A stretch of 64,000 nt of DNA from Stylophora pistillata. Its lineage: Eukaryota. Where the stretch lies: assembly GCF_002571385.2 (NCBI RefSeq), contig NW_019218147.1:3494-67493 (forward strand), written 5' to 3'. Numbering within the stretch: position 1 is the stretch's first letter; every line of letters begins with the position of its first letter. Below are positions 49,365 through 61,489 of the stretch, one piece after another. The position numbers and the translations under genes were made by a program. Under the pieces are notes generated by a model that ran no database searches, had not been told where the DNA came from, and saw nothing but the letters and a program-made list of their open reading frames with translations.

Positions 49365-52300
49365 ATGGCCGAGCAGGAGAGCTTGGAGTATGGCAAAGGG
49401 GATTTTGTCCTTTTGGACGAGATCACTAAAGATGCCTTCATGGGCAACCTCAAACTACGTTTTCATAAAGAGCGAATTTACACGTACATTGGAGAAGTGC
49501 TTGTGTCAGTAAACCCGTACAAGACTTTGAGTATCTTTGGAAACGATAAAATTCAAGAATACAAGATGCGAGAACTATACGAGAGACCACCGCATATTTT
49601 TGCCTTGGCAGATGCAGCTTACCGAACGATGAAAAGGCGGTCAGAAGACACTTGTATCGTAATTTCTGGTGAGTTTGTTGCGCTATGTAACGCTATAGTG
49701 CATCGAGGTCGAGTTAGCGATATGGGACTCATAAATTTATGCAGATTTGAAACCTAGTAACTTCCGAATAAACTGAAAACATATGTATCGAAGCGCTTTC
49801 GGAACGAGAGGTGGAGTTTTTTCAACTGAAAATTTAATTGAATGGAATTTGAAAGCCTCTTACTTGTGTCGTAGCTAAGAATAATAAATTCTAAATATTT
49901 TGTTGTGTTCTTAATGACGTCTGGGAGCCTTTAGCATACATTATACCTCAACATAGTAATGTTTTGTTAATTTTCGTAGGGCTGTAAAACGCCAATGGTT
50001 GATTTATTTCAGGCTTGATCTTTGCAAAGAATTTATTGTAAAATAAAAGTTAGCAATTTTCCCACATAGGGAAAAAGAAAAGTTACATTGAAACTGTTTA
50101 AATTCTTCGGTTTCTGAATTTTTTAGATCTAATCTGGCTGACGGCATTTGAAGACATTTTGTAAATTCTTTTATGTGGGATTCTTTAGGTATTTAATAGA
50201 TATACAAAGGCCTTGCTGATCTAAAATTTAAGCGAGAAAGTTCCTGGGTTCTCTATCTTTGTGAGCTTTTCAATGTTGGTTCCTAAATGAAATAGCAAAA
50301 TAATTAAATAAATAAAATTTTGAGCTGTCATTTCTCAAGATAACTTTTGTTAACTGTTTCATTGTCAACAATCTTTGACATGTCATCTCTTTTCAAAACA
50401 ATTACAGTTGAAAGGACTAGCAAAAACTAACGATAAAACCCGACGTTTCGGTGTCATCATGACGCCATTGTCAAGGAGAAATAAAAAATGAAGTTTGTGG
50501 CAAGGTGTAACACTAAATTAGCATAAATAGGTTACGAGCTAATTAAACAAATACTTTTGCGCCAATTGAATCGCTTTGCAATGGCGTCATGATGACACCA
50601 AAACGTCGGTTTTTATCGTTAGTTTTTGCTAGTCTTTGCATTTCTAAATCTTTATTGATAAGAATTACAGTTGAGGTCACCAAAAACATTTTGATGTGGC
50701 TCTGTCAAAATAAATTGATCCTGAAATAATCAAACAGGAATAGTAGTACTTTTCCCATATTCCCCTTTTTTCACACTCTCTTCTTCACAAGTCATTGCTG
50801 ATTTAATGAGGCACACACTAATCTTCCATAAACAGAAGTTAATTATGCTGAAACTAATTTAAGAATCTGAGGAAAGAAATCATCTTTTTTAAGAAAGATT
50901 TCACATGAGATCAGCAATTTCTATTTGTCTCTGTCGGAAGAAATGAATCCTAATTTAAATCGATAAATTTTTTTTTCTACTTTCTAGTCTCCTTTCTTTA
51001 TTAATATAAACCAATCAATCAATCCAAGTTCCTACATTAGTCATTCTCATTCGGGTGAATAACAATATGTTTGAAGACCTCTACTAACTATGATTCAAGG
51101 TAATCAAATCACTATTAATACTCCTTTTCTTTGAGGAAAAGATGAATATTAAATATTTTAAAAAGAATCGGACTATAACCCCAAGGGGTTTTTCAGGACC
51201 AGTATAAGTAAACTACTGAAGATATATCCTCTAAATAAATTCTTAGTGGCTTTAATTAATTAAGCAATTATTAAACTGGCAGGAGCCATTGACCTAACCT
51301 GGCTCTTTGTCAACACTTCAACTCCCATGAATGACCAAGACAGAACTTTTTCTTACAATTTCATTACACAATATCAAAGCAAATTAATAATGAGTATCAC
51401 CACTGAGTATCAAATTCTCCAAACTGACATCATAAGAAGTATGTGACTGACAGCAAAGAGAATTACTAATGAGATCTCGAGTACAAAAGGTTAGAGATAT
51501 GACCCAGGGTTAAAGCATGGGACCACCAAGTCAAGATTCAGAAAGTGACTGGATAGAGGGCATGCATCTAAATCACCAGATTAATTAAATCCAGTACCAT
51601 AATATCATTTGGGGGGGTTTGGATAGATTGTATTACTCTCTGCACAAGTAGTCAGGAATTATGATAATAAATTTTATAACACATTTGATACTACTGATTT
51701 TCATATTAATTTTTCTAACAGGTGAAAGTGGTGCAGGGAAAACAGAGGCTTCTAAAATTATCATGAAGTATATTGCTGCCGTCACTAATGTGTCAAAACA
51801 GTCTGAGGTGGAAAAGTAAGCAATTTTCTGATTTATCATTTGCAGCGCATTTTGATTAGGTCACCAAGGAGATCAGTTTTTTTTTATTAGCATGAAGAGC
51901 TCAATCAAACTTTTAGTTGTTTGTGAAAATTACATGTTCATGCACATAAGTTGAATTAGCTGGCAGACTGAACAGGCAGAAAAATAGCTAACCACTAATT
52001 TGTTACTCTAACATCATAGCCATAGTGTGTTTTTTTAGGCAACAGAGATTGGGGAAATCTTTGTCTACAATCCAGAATGTTTTTCATGGCTAAATTTTGA
52101 TAGTCTGAGCTATTTTTTGTGCAGAGGTGCTGGTGGGCTTCTCACAAAGGGGAGGTGAGGTCTGTCTATTAGGTGTCCGGTCTGTCCAGACACCTAATAC
52201 ACCTCTCCAGTTAGCTAACTCCCCCAGGCGAGCAAAGCAGGCAGTCTTAACTCTCAAAAGCTTCTCAAGAAACCTGTGAGATGCTTGTGAAGCAGCACCA

Positions 52301-55300
52301 GGGAGTAGAATATTCTTCACTTGTAACATGCTACTCTTTTGCTAGCTATCACATTTCTGTATGAAAACCCTGTTGTCATGCATATGAGGCATGTATTGAC
52401 AGAGTGATATGATAACCACAAATTGTATTGTTTATCTCAACAGGGTCAAGAACATTCTCTTAAAGTCCAATGCTATTTTAGAGAGTTTTGGCAATGCTCG
52501 AACAAACAGAAATGATAATTCCAGTAGATTTGGAAAATACATGGACATTGACTTTGACTTCAAGGGAGATCCTGTTGGAGGACACATTTTTAATTACCTT
52601 TTAGAAAAGGTTTGAAGATGTTCACATTTTAATCATTATTAACGGAAACATTTAGTTGACAATACTTTAATTTATGGTATTTTTTATCTGTGTCAAACAT
52701 TTGTTAGACAGAAATTCTTCTTTAAAATTAAAGAATGTATGGTTCCAGAAAATTATCATTTCTGCTCTTTGAAATTTAATTGAATCAGAGTTGGGTTTGG
52801 GTATGGAAAATTTCATAGAGGGTATTAAACTGAAATTTGCATGGTGTATTCAACCCTAGAAAACCTTTGCGTGATATGTTTTTTGTGAAAAGGCTCATGA
52901 GGAGGGTTTAAAAGGAGACACTCATCACAAACACTGCTTGGAATTGATATCTGGGTGTTTTTATTCCCTGAAGCCTGAATTCAATTTTACTCAAGACTTT
53001 CAAATTCCTGTTTGTCTTTCTTTTTCAGTCTAGAGTTGTTAAACAACAAGAGGGAGAGAGAAACTTCCATTCATTCTATCAGGTTTGTAAAAGTGAAAGC
53101 CATTGTTTGCTGATTCTATGTATATCTTTTTTACAGAAGATCCTTCTGAATTTACAGCCTACAAGATAAGCTACAGTTGTAGGTTGTTAGTGATTGTGTA
53201 ATTTGAGCTATTTCTTTTATGAGAGATGAATTAGCTAGACAATCAGCAGACTCCCATGGAGTCTTGGTCCACAACATCTTGACACAGGATTGTAGACAGT
53301 TTTTCATTCAAGGTTGAGGCATTTACATGCTGGTTTTTGTGAATACTTGATTAATATCAACTTTTTTTTCAGTTCACCAGCTATCATTAATGGTAGCAAT
53401 TTGCTTTTTACTAGTTACTCAATGGAGCACCTCCTGAGACCCTAAAGGAATTGTATCTAGAAGAGAAAGCTGAAGTTTATCACTTTGCCAATCAAGGAGG
53501 ATGCACACAGGTCTTAAAGAGAATTTTTTACTTGTATATACTTAGCTTGAGCCTATTGTATCTGTCACATTACATTATTATTAGTCTAGTTGGTTAAAAT
53601 GCTTGACTTGTGACCCAGAGCTCTTGCTTTAAAAAAGTACAGGCTCTGGTTGTTTGAAGGGTGAATAAGGCTAATGATTATCCACTAGATCAATCAGCGA
53701 CTATCTGTTGGATAGTGGGGTATGGTTAGGTAGCACTTATCCCCTGGATGATGATGATTCATCTACTGGATAGCATCATCTGCTCTTTGAATAACTGTGC
53801 CCCGGTGTACAAGTAATAAATTATATGCTTGTAATTTACCAGGTTGTTTGCTTTACCAGCCAGTCAGGATTTTTCATGAAATTGAGTAATGATTATTATG
53901 TCTGCTCAGTACATGTATTTTATTATTTTGTTCCATTTCAGTTTCAGTCTTACAAGTTTTTAATGCTCTTACAGGTCAAGGCAATTAATGACACAATGGA
54001 TTACAAAGTTAATGGTGAAGCTATGACATCTGTGGGCTTCTCTGCAGAAGAAAAGACTACAATATGGAAAATTGTTGCAGCAATTCTTCATTTAGTGAGT
54101 TCCTGTTTTAAATAGATATAGTGTGGTAGGAAATGACAGAATTAAAAAAAGGCTCACCCTATCTGTTTTTCTTTCTGCAGGGAAACTTAGAGTTTGTTGA
54201 TGATGATAAAGAACAAGCATCCATTAAGAATGATGAAAAACTCAACATCATTGCATTTCTCTTGGGAACTGAGCCAAGGCAAGTGGAAAAGGCCTTGTGT
54301 TACCGTGTGGTTGCAGCCAGATCTGAAGTGGTGGACAAAGGACACCATGCGAAGGATGCATCTCACGGGCGTGATGCACTTGCTAAGGTATAATGTACAT
54401 GTATTGCAGGCTTATTTTTGTTGGAACTGTTGTGTAAGTTAATCTATAGAGAAGGTAACTTTCTATGTTGTACTGAATCCAAGAAATACCACTGACAGAA
54501 TCTATATCCATGCATAAGTAGTCATTTTATTTAGGCCCTATTACCTGTATTTGAGGCCGAGGCTGGGCTGGTCCAGTGGTGGTTCATGAAGCCATTGTCA
54601 TTAATTGCCTTGAGACACCTTAAGTTTGCTCATTTTTGTATTGGTGGATGTTGTTCTTTTTCTTTCAGGCCATGTACGATCGCCTATTCTCGTGGATTGT
54701 AGGACGGATTAATGATGTGATTGAACTGCGGGATCAAGTGGCTCACGGAAAGTGTACAGTGATTGGAGTGCTTGACATCTATGGCTTTGAGATCTTTGAC
54801 AACAACAGCTTTGAACAGCTCTGCATCAACTACTGCAATGAGAAACTTCAACAGTTGTTTATTGAGCTTGTGTTGAAACAAGAACAAGAGGAATATCAGA
54901 GAGAAGGAATCCAGTGGGAGGAGGTATGTAGTTGTCGTGCTCAGAAAATGCCATATCAATTATTTATCAACGGAGAAAAAAGTCTACATAATAATGCAAG
55001 AAAGTTAGGTTGCCTGGATTCTATTGTACAGTCGTAGATTGAATACTTCAAAAACAAGACCATCTGAGACCTGACTTAGCAAAACCAATGTTATGTCAAT
55101 TATTGATAGACAGAGAAAAAATCTACGTATAATGATGTGAGAGTGTTGAGTTGCTTGGATTTTATTAATACAATTGCAGATTGAATACTTCAACAACAAG
55201 ATCATCTGTGACCTGATTGAGCAAAACCACAAAGGCATTTTGTCAATCATGGATGAGGGATGCAGGAACATTGGTAAAGTATCTGATGAGGTATGTGCTC

Positions 55301-56686
55301 TATTTCCGAAATAGAATGAGAGAACGATATTGTTTGGTCAGGCTGTAATGAACGTTAGACAATAGAGGATCTTATCAAGAAATCAAGAGAAAATAAGTAA
55401 AAGCAAGCAAGGTCTTCAAAGTCACTGTTCAGGGGATTGTGCAAAACTTAAAGAGAGTACCCAGGACTCGAAACTAACTTTTCAACTTACTAGCCAAGTG
55501 GCTATAGTGATAACCTTAGATGTTACGACAATTGCAGTTTGTTTACTAACCAAACTGGCAAGTGGAAATCAAAAACCACCAGCCAAAACTGCGTTTCTAT
55601 TAGTCTATAGCTAGTTGGCTACCGTTAGTGTCGAGCCCTAGTACCCTTATAGAAGAGGTACCATTGATTAGGCTGAGATGTAATCAACTCCTAGAGCTTC
55701 CACTGTCTTCCAAAAATGATAAGTAATTTTTTTAGTAAATTATACTCAGGATATCTAAGAGTGGTCCTAATTCCTGTTGTTCCTTTTCTTAAAGATGTTG
55801 TTGCAAACCATGGACCAAAAGTTGGGAAAACACAACCACTACAGAAGCAGGCTGGTGAGATGACATTAGAAGGAAATAAGCTGTGGGTTGGAATGAATTG
55901 AAAATAGGCTCTATTTTCAAATGCTCCCCGCACCTTGCAACACCTCCTAATTGAGGACGAAAACTTTTTTTCTGAAATTCTGAGTTGAATTATTTGGAAT
56001 TGGATTGTGGGTAAGTGGACAAAACTTACCGGCACACCCATACACAGAAGTTTTTTTTAGACATAGCATATATCTATTTCCTAGACACCTCACCATTATC
56101 TACAATCCAGGTTGCACCATGTGAATCACTGCTTGGTCCAGCACTAAAATAACAATATTTAAAAGAGGTGGACACAGGGCACCTTCTAGCATTTTCTCAT
56201 TTGCTTTTGTTGAGACCTGCCTGTTTTCAACCTATTTTATTCCAGACCGACCCCACAGACAAATCAATGGAATTTCACAAGGATTTCTGCATCAAACATT
56301 ATGCAGGAGATGTAATGTAAGTCAGGGCTAAACGTAGGCGTATTAAAAGATGATCAAAAGATTGATAACTTATTTGTAAACAGAAGCTCATCTTCTGTTT
56401 TGTTTTTGATAGCCTCTCCAATCCTTTCTCTCCTTAGATTCAGATATCGATTCTCCTCACTGTCTGCCATTTGTTCTTACAACTGAGTTTGACTATGTGA
56501 ATGTGGTGTTGTAAAAAAAGTCGTTTTTCTGCTTCACATGATATTGATAGGGGAAGGATGAATTCCTTGTTAGTCTCTCCTGTAGCATGTTCCAAAGCGT
56601 GCAGTTAGTAAACGGAGCGAAATATTCAACGGTGCGATAATAGCGGCAGAGCGAAAACGCGACTCGTCCCAAACCTATAATGGGGA

Positions 56687-56720
<34 letters not shown>

Positions 56721-57627
56721 CGGTAACAAGGTAATTTAGTTTTATCAAATAAGTTGAATGTAAACTGGCCACCGTAAAGAGTTTAACAGCTGACGTTTCG
56801 AACCTTAGCCCTTCGTCAGAACGAATGACGAAGGGCTAACGCTCAAAAGGTCAGCTTTTGAGCTCTCTGTGGTAGCTAATTTAAAACACCAACTTAGTTG
56901 ATAAAACCAAATCGACCCAAACCTCCCTGGTTTATTACTCCTCCTCTATTACCGCGCTGTTCATTATACTAACTGAGCGCCTGGGGCAGACTAACACCCA
57001 TGGGAGTGAAAGGCTGTATACACCATCGTTCATTTTCCACGGAGAAGTATTAAAACAAGAAAATCGGGGGGAAGTTGATTTAAATACCTGTGCGAATTAT
57101 TTGATGAAGAGATCTTCCTTTATTGATTGGTCATTCTGCTTTTTTTTTTCCCCTTTTTTTTCATTTACAGATACTCAGTTGTAGGATTCTTGGACAAAAA
57201 CAAGGATAATTTGTATCAAGACTTCAAACGACTCCTATTCAACAGGTATATGTATTGGTTTATTAAAATTTGTCCCACGCCTCTTAGTTTTGCAGTTTAG
57301 TAGCTTTTTGCAGCGCATTCAAATAATTGTCAAGAGGAGAAATGTAACTCGTTCATAGTGGTGTTTTTTTTTTTTTCCTGTGGGCGAAGTGAGCGAGAAA
57401 GGTGTGAGTTCTATCATTGCTTTCGCGCTCCGGCTTACAATATTCGTACGCAAAGATTATTCGACTGTCCTAAACAACTTTACTTTTCACAGTGATTGTC
57501 TGCTAGGATTTTGATTGGAATGACCAACTCGGAAATAATCAACGTTGCTGTGTGTTTTACCTTTTTGAACAGCTCGCACAAAATTCTCCAAGATATGTGG
57601 CCAGAAGGAAAAGAAGACATTACAAAG
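49365..57627 (+). CDS. MYO1D: Unconventional myosin I (myosin-ID-like), first 13 exons; continues beyond
   Basis: [18 protein letters not shown] start; GESGAGKT P-loop; [10 protein letters not shown]; LDIYGFE; HYAGDV. Exons 49365-49668, 51722-51815, 52444-52609, 53029-53082, 53415-53510, 53975-54094, 54181-54387, 54669-54923, 55180-55290, 55795-55854, 56246-56316, 57171-57245, 57573-57627. Confidence 0.92.
50412..50662. mobile_element. Penelope-like insertion (family 3): inverted arms, 12-bp TSD, hammerhead variant at 50439-50477 (-)
   Basis: TSD aattacagttga at 50400-50411 / 50663-50674. Arms 50415-50470 and 50579-50634 are inverted. The minus strand reads TCC-TTGACAA-T-GGCGTCA(TGA)TGACACC-GAAAC-GTC-GGG. 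Confidence 0.8.
54948..55088 (+). repeat. Degenerate tandem duplicate of myosin intron end + start of exon 9 (pseudo-exon)
   Basis: gtag|attgaatacttcaaaaacaagaccatctga versus gcag|attgaatacttcaacaacaagatcatctgt at 55180. Confidence 0.8.
55462..55640. mobile_element. Small MITE-like element
   Basis: Imperfect TIRs caggactcgaaactaac / gttagtgtcgagcccta. The TSD is not clean. Confidence 0.5.
56683..56912 (-). mobile_element. Family-1 Penelope-like element in inverted arrangement; canonical-core hammerhead at 56789-56822 (-)
   Basis: Minus strand GTT-CTGACGA-A-GGGC(TAAG)GTTC-GAAAC-GTC-AGC, abutting a degenerate plus-strand copy at 56826-56912. Confidence 0.78.
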
Positions 57628-57937
57628 GTATGGTAGCCAGCTGTCGCCTTTTACTCAGTTTACGACAGTGAAACCTTTTTGAAACGTGCTGTTTGATGAA
57701 TTAGGGGTCATTAAGGGTTATCTGGCTAAATGCTAAAAACAACCAATCTCTCTAGGAGACGACAAGTTACTTTTATCGCGAACACGGACCAGTTTTTGAT
57801 CCAATCAGGAGTGATGTTAGTATTACAGCTACAATATTGAAAACCAACTTCACTAGTGTTTTCTTCCGCAAGTTCAAGCACTTGCACCAGATTAAGTGCA
57901 GTCCAGGATTAAGCATAATCATTTATTTAATATAAGA

Positions 57938-58004
57938 GAAAAATCGAGTTTCCAGATGGGATTTGAACCCACGACCCTCCGTGATCTAGTCGGATGCTCT
58001 AACC
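57938..58004 (-). mobile_element. tRNA-derived SINE head fragment
   Basis: Reverse complement ggttagagcatccgactagatcacggagggtcgtgggttcaaatcccatctg contains A/B-box-like motifs and is 5' truncated. Confidence 0.55.
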
Positions 58005-58587
58005 GTATTTCCTTCATTACCGTACTTCGTGATAAGTATGTGCTACAGTGATAATTACATGTTCACAGCTCGTTAAATCTCCAATCTCGTCCTTTTTCGG
58101 AAGTCTTCGTGATACCTCGGAGAATTTCCGAACTCTGTTAGGGTAAGGGCGGACTTGTCGTCGATTTGAATTGACATCGTGAAGCGAAATCTCCAGTCGA
58201 TGAAAGCTGCTATCGACTTGCATTGTGGTATAAAACATTTAACCGAACAGATTCACACTAATGTTCTATTACCAGCTAATTTCAGTGAAATTTGCACGGC
58301 ACTCTTGACTCGTAAAAACTGAAAAGATTGGTAAATCGAAAGAACGATGCAGAGAATGTTTTCGATTGAGTATTGTAAAATCAGATTGTAAGCAGAAAGT
58401 GAACACAAGCCAGCTACCTAAAACGCAGGTAAAGGCGCGCGGCCAAGTCGTGATTGGGTGTAGTTTTGCACCTGATTGGTTGAGAGAGTGGCACAAGTTT
58501 TCTTTCGGACCAATCATAGAGCAAAATTAAGCAAAACCGCTGTCGGTGTGTCTTGGTCTGTCAACACGGAGGGACTGTAATGTAGCT

Positions 58588-59595
58588 TTACTGACCTTGA
58601 GGTCTGCGAGGCAAACAACAGCTGAAGAGATTCTTTAGCCATTGTCGATAATGTGCGCAAAAAATAAAACAGATCCAAGGATTTATAGCGCCGTATGCGA
58701 GAACCAGTAAGAAAGCAATGAACGCAAAAAATTTGAAGCCGCAAGACGATATCATGGTCCTGTTCGATGAAAACAAGAGTAGCGACCAGTAGATACTGAA
58801 AGGAATCCAGCATATCAAAAACACTAACACGATTGCAACAGACATTTTTAGAACGTTTCGCTCCCTTGCTGAACGTTCTCTTGCACTGAATGACTGCTCA
58901 CCTGGAATCTTTTGCGACTTGAGCCGTAAAATGATGATAATGTAAAGAATGGTAATCAAAATAAATGGGAAATAAAAGAATACAATATATAGACCAAGTC
59001 TGTAGTTTTTGATGGATAGCAACCTTTCAAAGGTTTCGTTTAATTCCAACGCACACGCCAACCTTCTTGGATCATGTTGAACAAGTTTTCGTTGAAATAA
59101 GTCTGGAGTCTGGAGGATCATTGCGACGATCCAGGTGCTAGGAATAAAGAATCGGCACATCTTTAAACTAATCAGCGGGGAACGGAGAGGGAATACCACA
59201 GCTCCAAATCTATCTACTGCTATCAGAACTAGACTCTGTGTAGACACATAGATGGAAACACTCGAGAAGAAGGGAACCAGCTTGCACAAAGCCCCTCCAA
59301 GACCGCAACTGATTAACCAGTTGTCGAAATACAACCTCGTTGAAATCCCTGGAAATACCATGATGGAATAAACCAGATCGGACACGGCCATGTTTACAAT
59401 GAAGAAGTTGTTCGGTTTTCTTATGGTTTTCTTCTAGAAGACAGTTATGAAAATGAAGATATTACCAACAAACGAAGCAAGAAAGAACAGACAATAGACA
59501 ATGGGGAGACTGACTCTCCCCTCTGTAGAATGGGAGCAGCTCGATGGTTGTGTGCCTTTCATGGAGGTAAAGTTTGCAAAAATTACCTTTACCAT
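58588..59595 (-). pseudogene. GPCR with a single in-frame TAG (59434-59436) after TM1; antisense in presumed myosin intron
   Basis: MVKVIFANFTS...VGNIFIFITVF*KKTIRKPNNFFIVN then the 267-aa ORF (DRF, CWIP, NPWIC) in the same frame. Confidence 0.85.
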
Positions 59596-60150
59596 GTATC
59601 TTGGCTGTCTTGTTCAAGAACTTTACCTTCAATTCTTAAGTCTCGTGGAGCGGGAATGCTCTTCAATCTTAATTACTTTCGCTGTCCGAAAAAAATATTA
59701 CCCATTTCTTGAGGACAGGCGTCGCCGGACTATCGTGGTGGGCGATTACTTTATAGAATAACCAAACCTTCATTTGCCGTCATTTCTTTAGAGTGAAGAC
59801 GATGTTAAATTTTCTGGTGAAAACAGTGCTTGGATGGACTTCGTTTGAAGCTTTTTCAAATTGATATTTGTTATCGTCATTCGACAGTAGACACTTTAAA
59901 TGTAACATTGATGTCAATATGCCAACGCAAAAAGATGGATTTCTTTTAGTTTCTTAATGAAGGCTGACCGCTCTTAAGTGAAAAGGTTTGTTTGTTCAGT
60001 GGGCTCGAGGCTTTTTTCCTTCTGGGGTCATGAAACAGATAGAGAGAAGAAACAGTAAAAAGATCAGGGTCACTTTTCATTTTTCTTCCTAGTATCAAAT
60101 GATAATTGTAACGATGGTGATTTGGTCAGCTTTCCTCAGCGTACATATAA

Positions 60151-60381
60151 AAGATGTTATTTGTGTTTTAATCTGCCTTTGTTGCAGGTATGGTCTAAAA
60201 CTTTATTCAACAAAGATTCGCTGGATAAAAAAATGTCAAAGTACATATAATAATCGCAAATTCTTCAGAGATTTTGAGGCTTAAGAACTGGAAGATGATA
60301 TTTGTGTTTTAATCTGCCTTTATTGCAGGTATGATCTAAAACTTTATTCAACAAAGATTCGCCGGATAAAAATGTCAAAGT
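60151..60381 (+). repeat. Direct duplication of ~90 bp (60151-60242 / 60292-60381)
   Basis: aagatg.tatttgtgttttaatctgccttt.ttgcaggtatg.tctaaaactttattcaacaaagattcgc occurs twice. Confidence 0.88.
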
Positions 60382-61489
60382 TAACGGAAGCTCTAACATT
60401 TACCATTCAGGTGCATGAGCAGATTGGTTTTCAGGACGTCCTAAAATTTTAAGTTTGTTGCCATTGTTGGACCAAGTGTTAAGCTGTCATTTTGTGAAAC
60501 AAATAGCAAATTGTTACTATTAACTTTTTTAAAGTTTCAGGCCTGTGTACTTTCATTTTAAATGATCACTTTCGATGCGACCGCGAAATTTTCATATCAA
60601 TCGCCTTTCTTATGTAAAAGTCTGCAAGAAATACAGATTTCTGTAGGTGCTTTTTTTTTTTTTCACTTAAACTGCTGATTTAATTTATCAATCTCCAACA
60701 AATATGAAAAAGGCAACAACTTCATCTACGTAAAAGTCGGGGATCACTTCTGTAAATCAAATTAATTAAATAATATCCTATAAAGGGGTTTATTAGAATG
60801 ATGTCTTGGTTACAAAAAAAGATAAGCGATATCCTTCATCAAGGAATATTCAATAAGCCTAAAGTATTCACTGCTAACAGATATGAAGATCCAAGATATC
60901 AAATGAAATGTGGATGCGGAATAAAGTTATCGAAAATTGTATATTTCGGTAGAGGTAATTACCTTGTGAACAAACGCAATCAACAAATCATAACCCGATG
61001 AATTGCGCGGACGCTAAGACTGATAAAGCGTAAGTTCGATATGGTGTAATCTGAATGAGTCTATTAAGAGAGTTGCTTGCAACATTTTGAGCGAGAGTCA
61101 GTACTAAAAACGGTGAAAAAATCTAAAGGTTTAAATCAGTGTTATAAGTAATTGTGCCTAAATTTGTTACAAAATGCTTCAGGCTTGGTTTTTACAATCG
61201 AAACGTTTTCGAACATCTAACCATCAAATGCTTAGCTCTTTTGATACACAAATACTCGATCATGGTCACCAGAGAATCCATGCCTTGAAAGATTTGCCTT
61301 ACTTAATTTTAGGAACGCTGAGTGACCATCCAACTGACCCACTAGTCTTGTCAGATGACGTTTCACGGGTTCGATAACTGTTAGTCATCTGCCCGATTTA
61401 TGTCAGGTGATGAATTTGCGAAGCACTATCAAATCTGAAACTCTGTCTGTACATGAAAATGAACCGCTGAATTTTACGGTGTGACTTGG

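Noticed and set aside
61351-61395. GAAACGTC with flanking cagat/atctg stem on minus strand
   Set aside because: Lacks the CUGANGA (or UUGANAA) half of the core.
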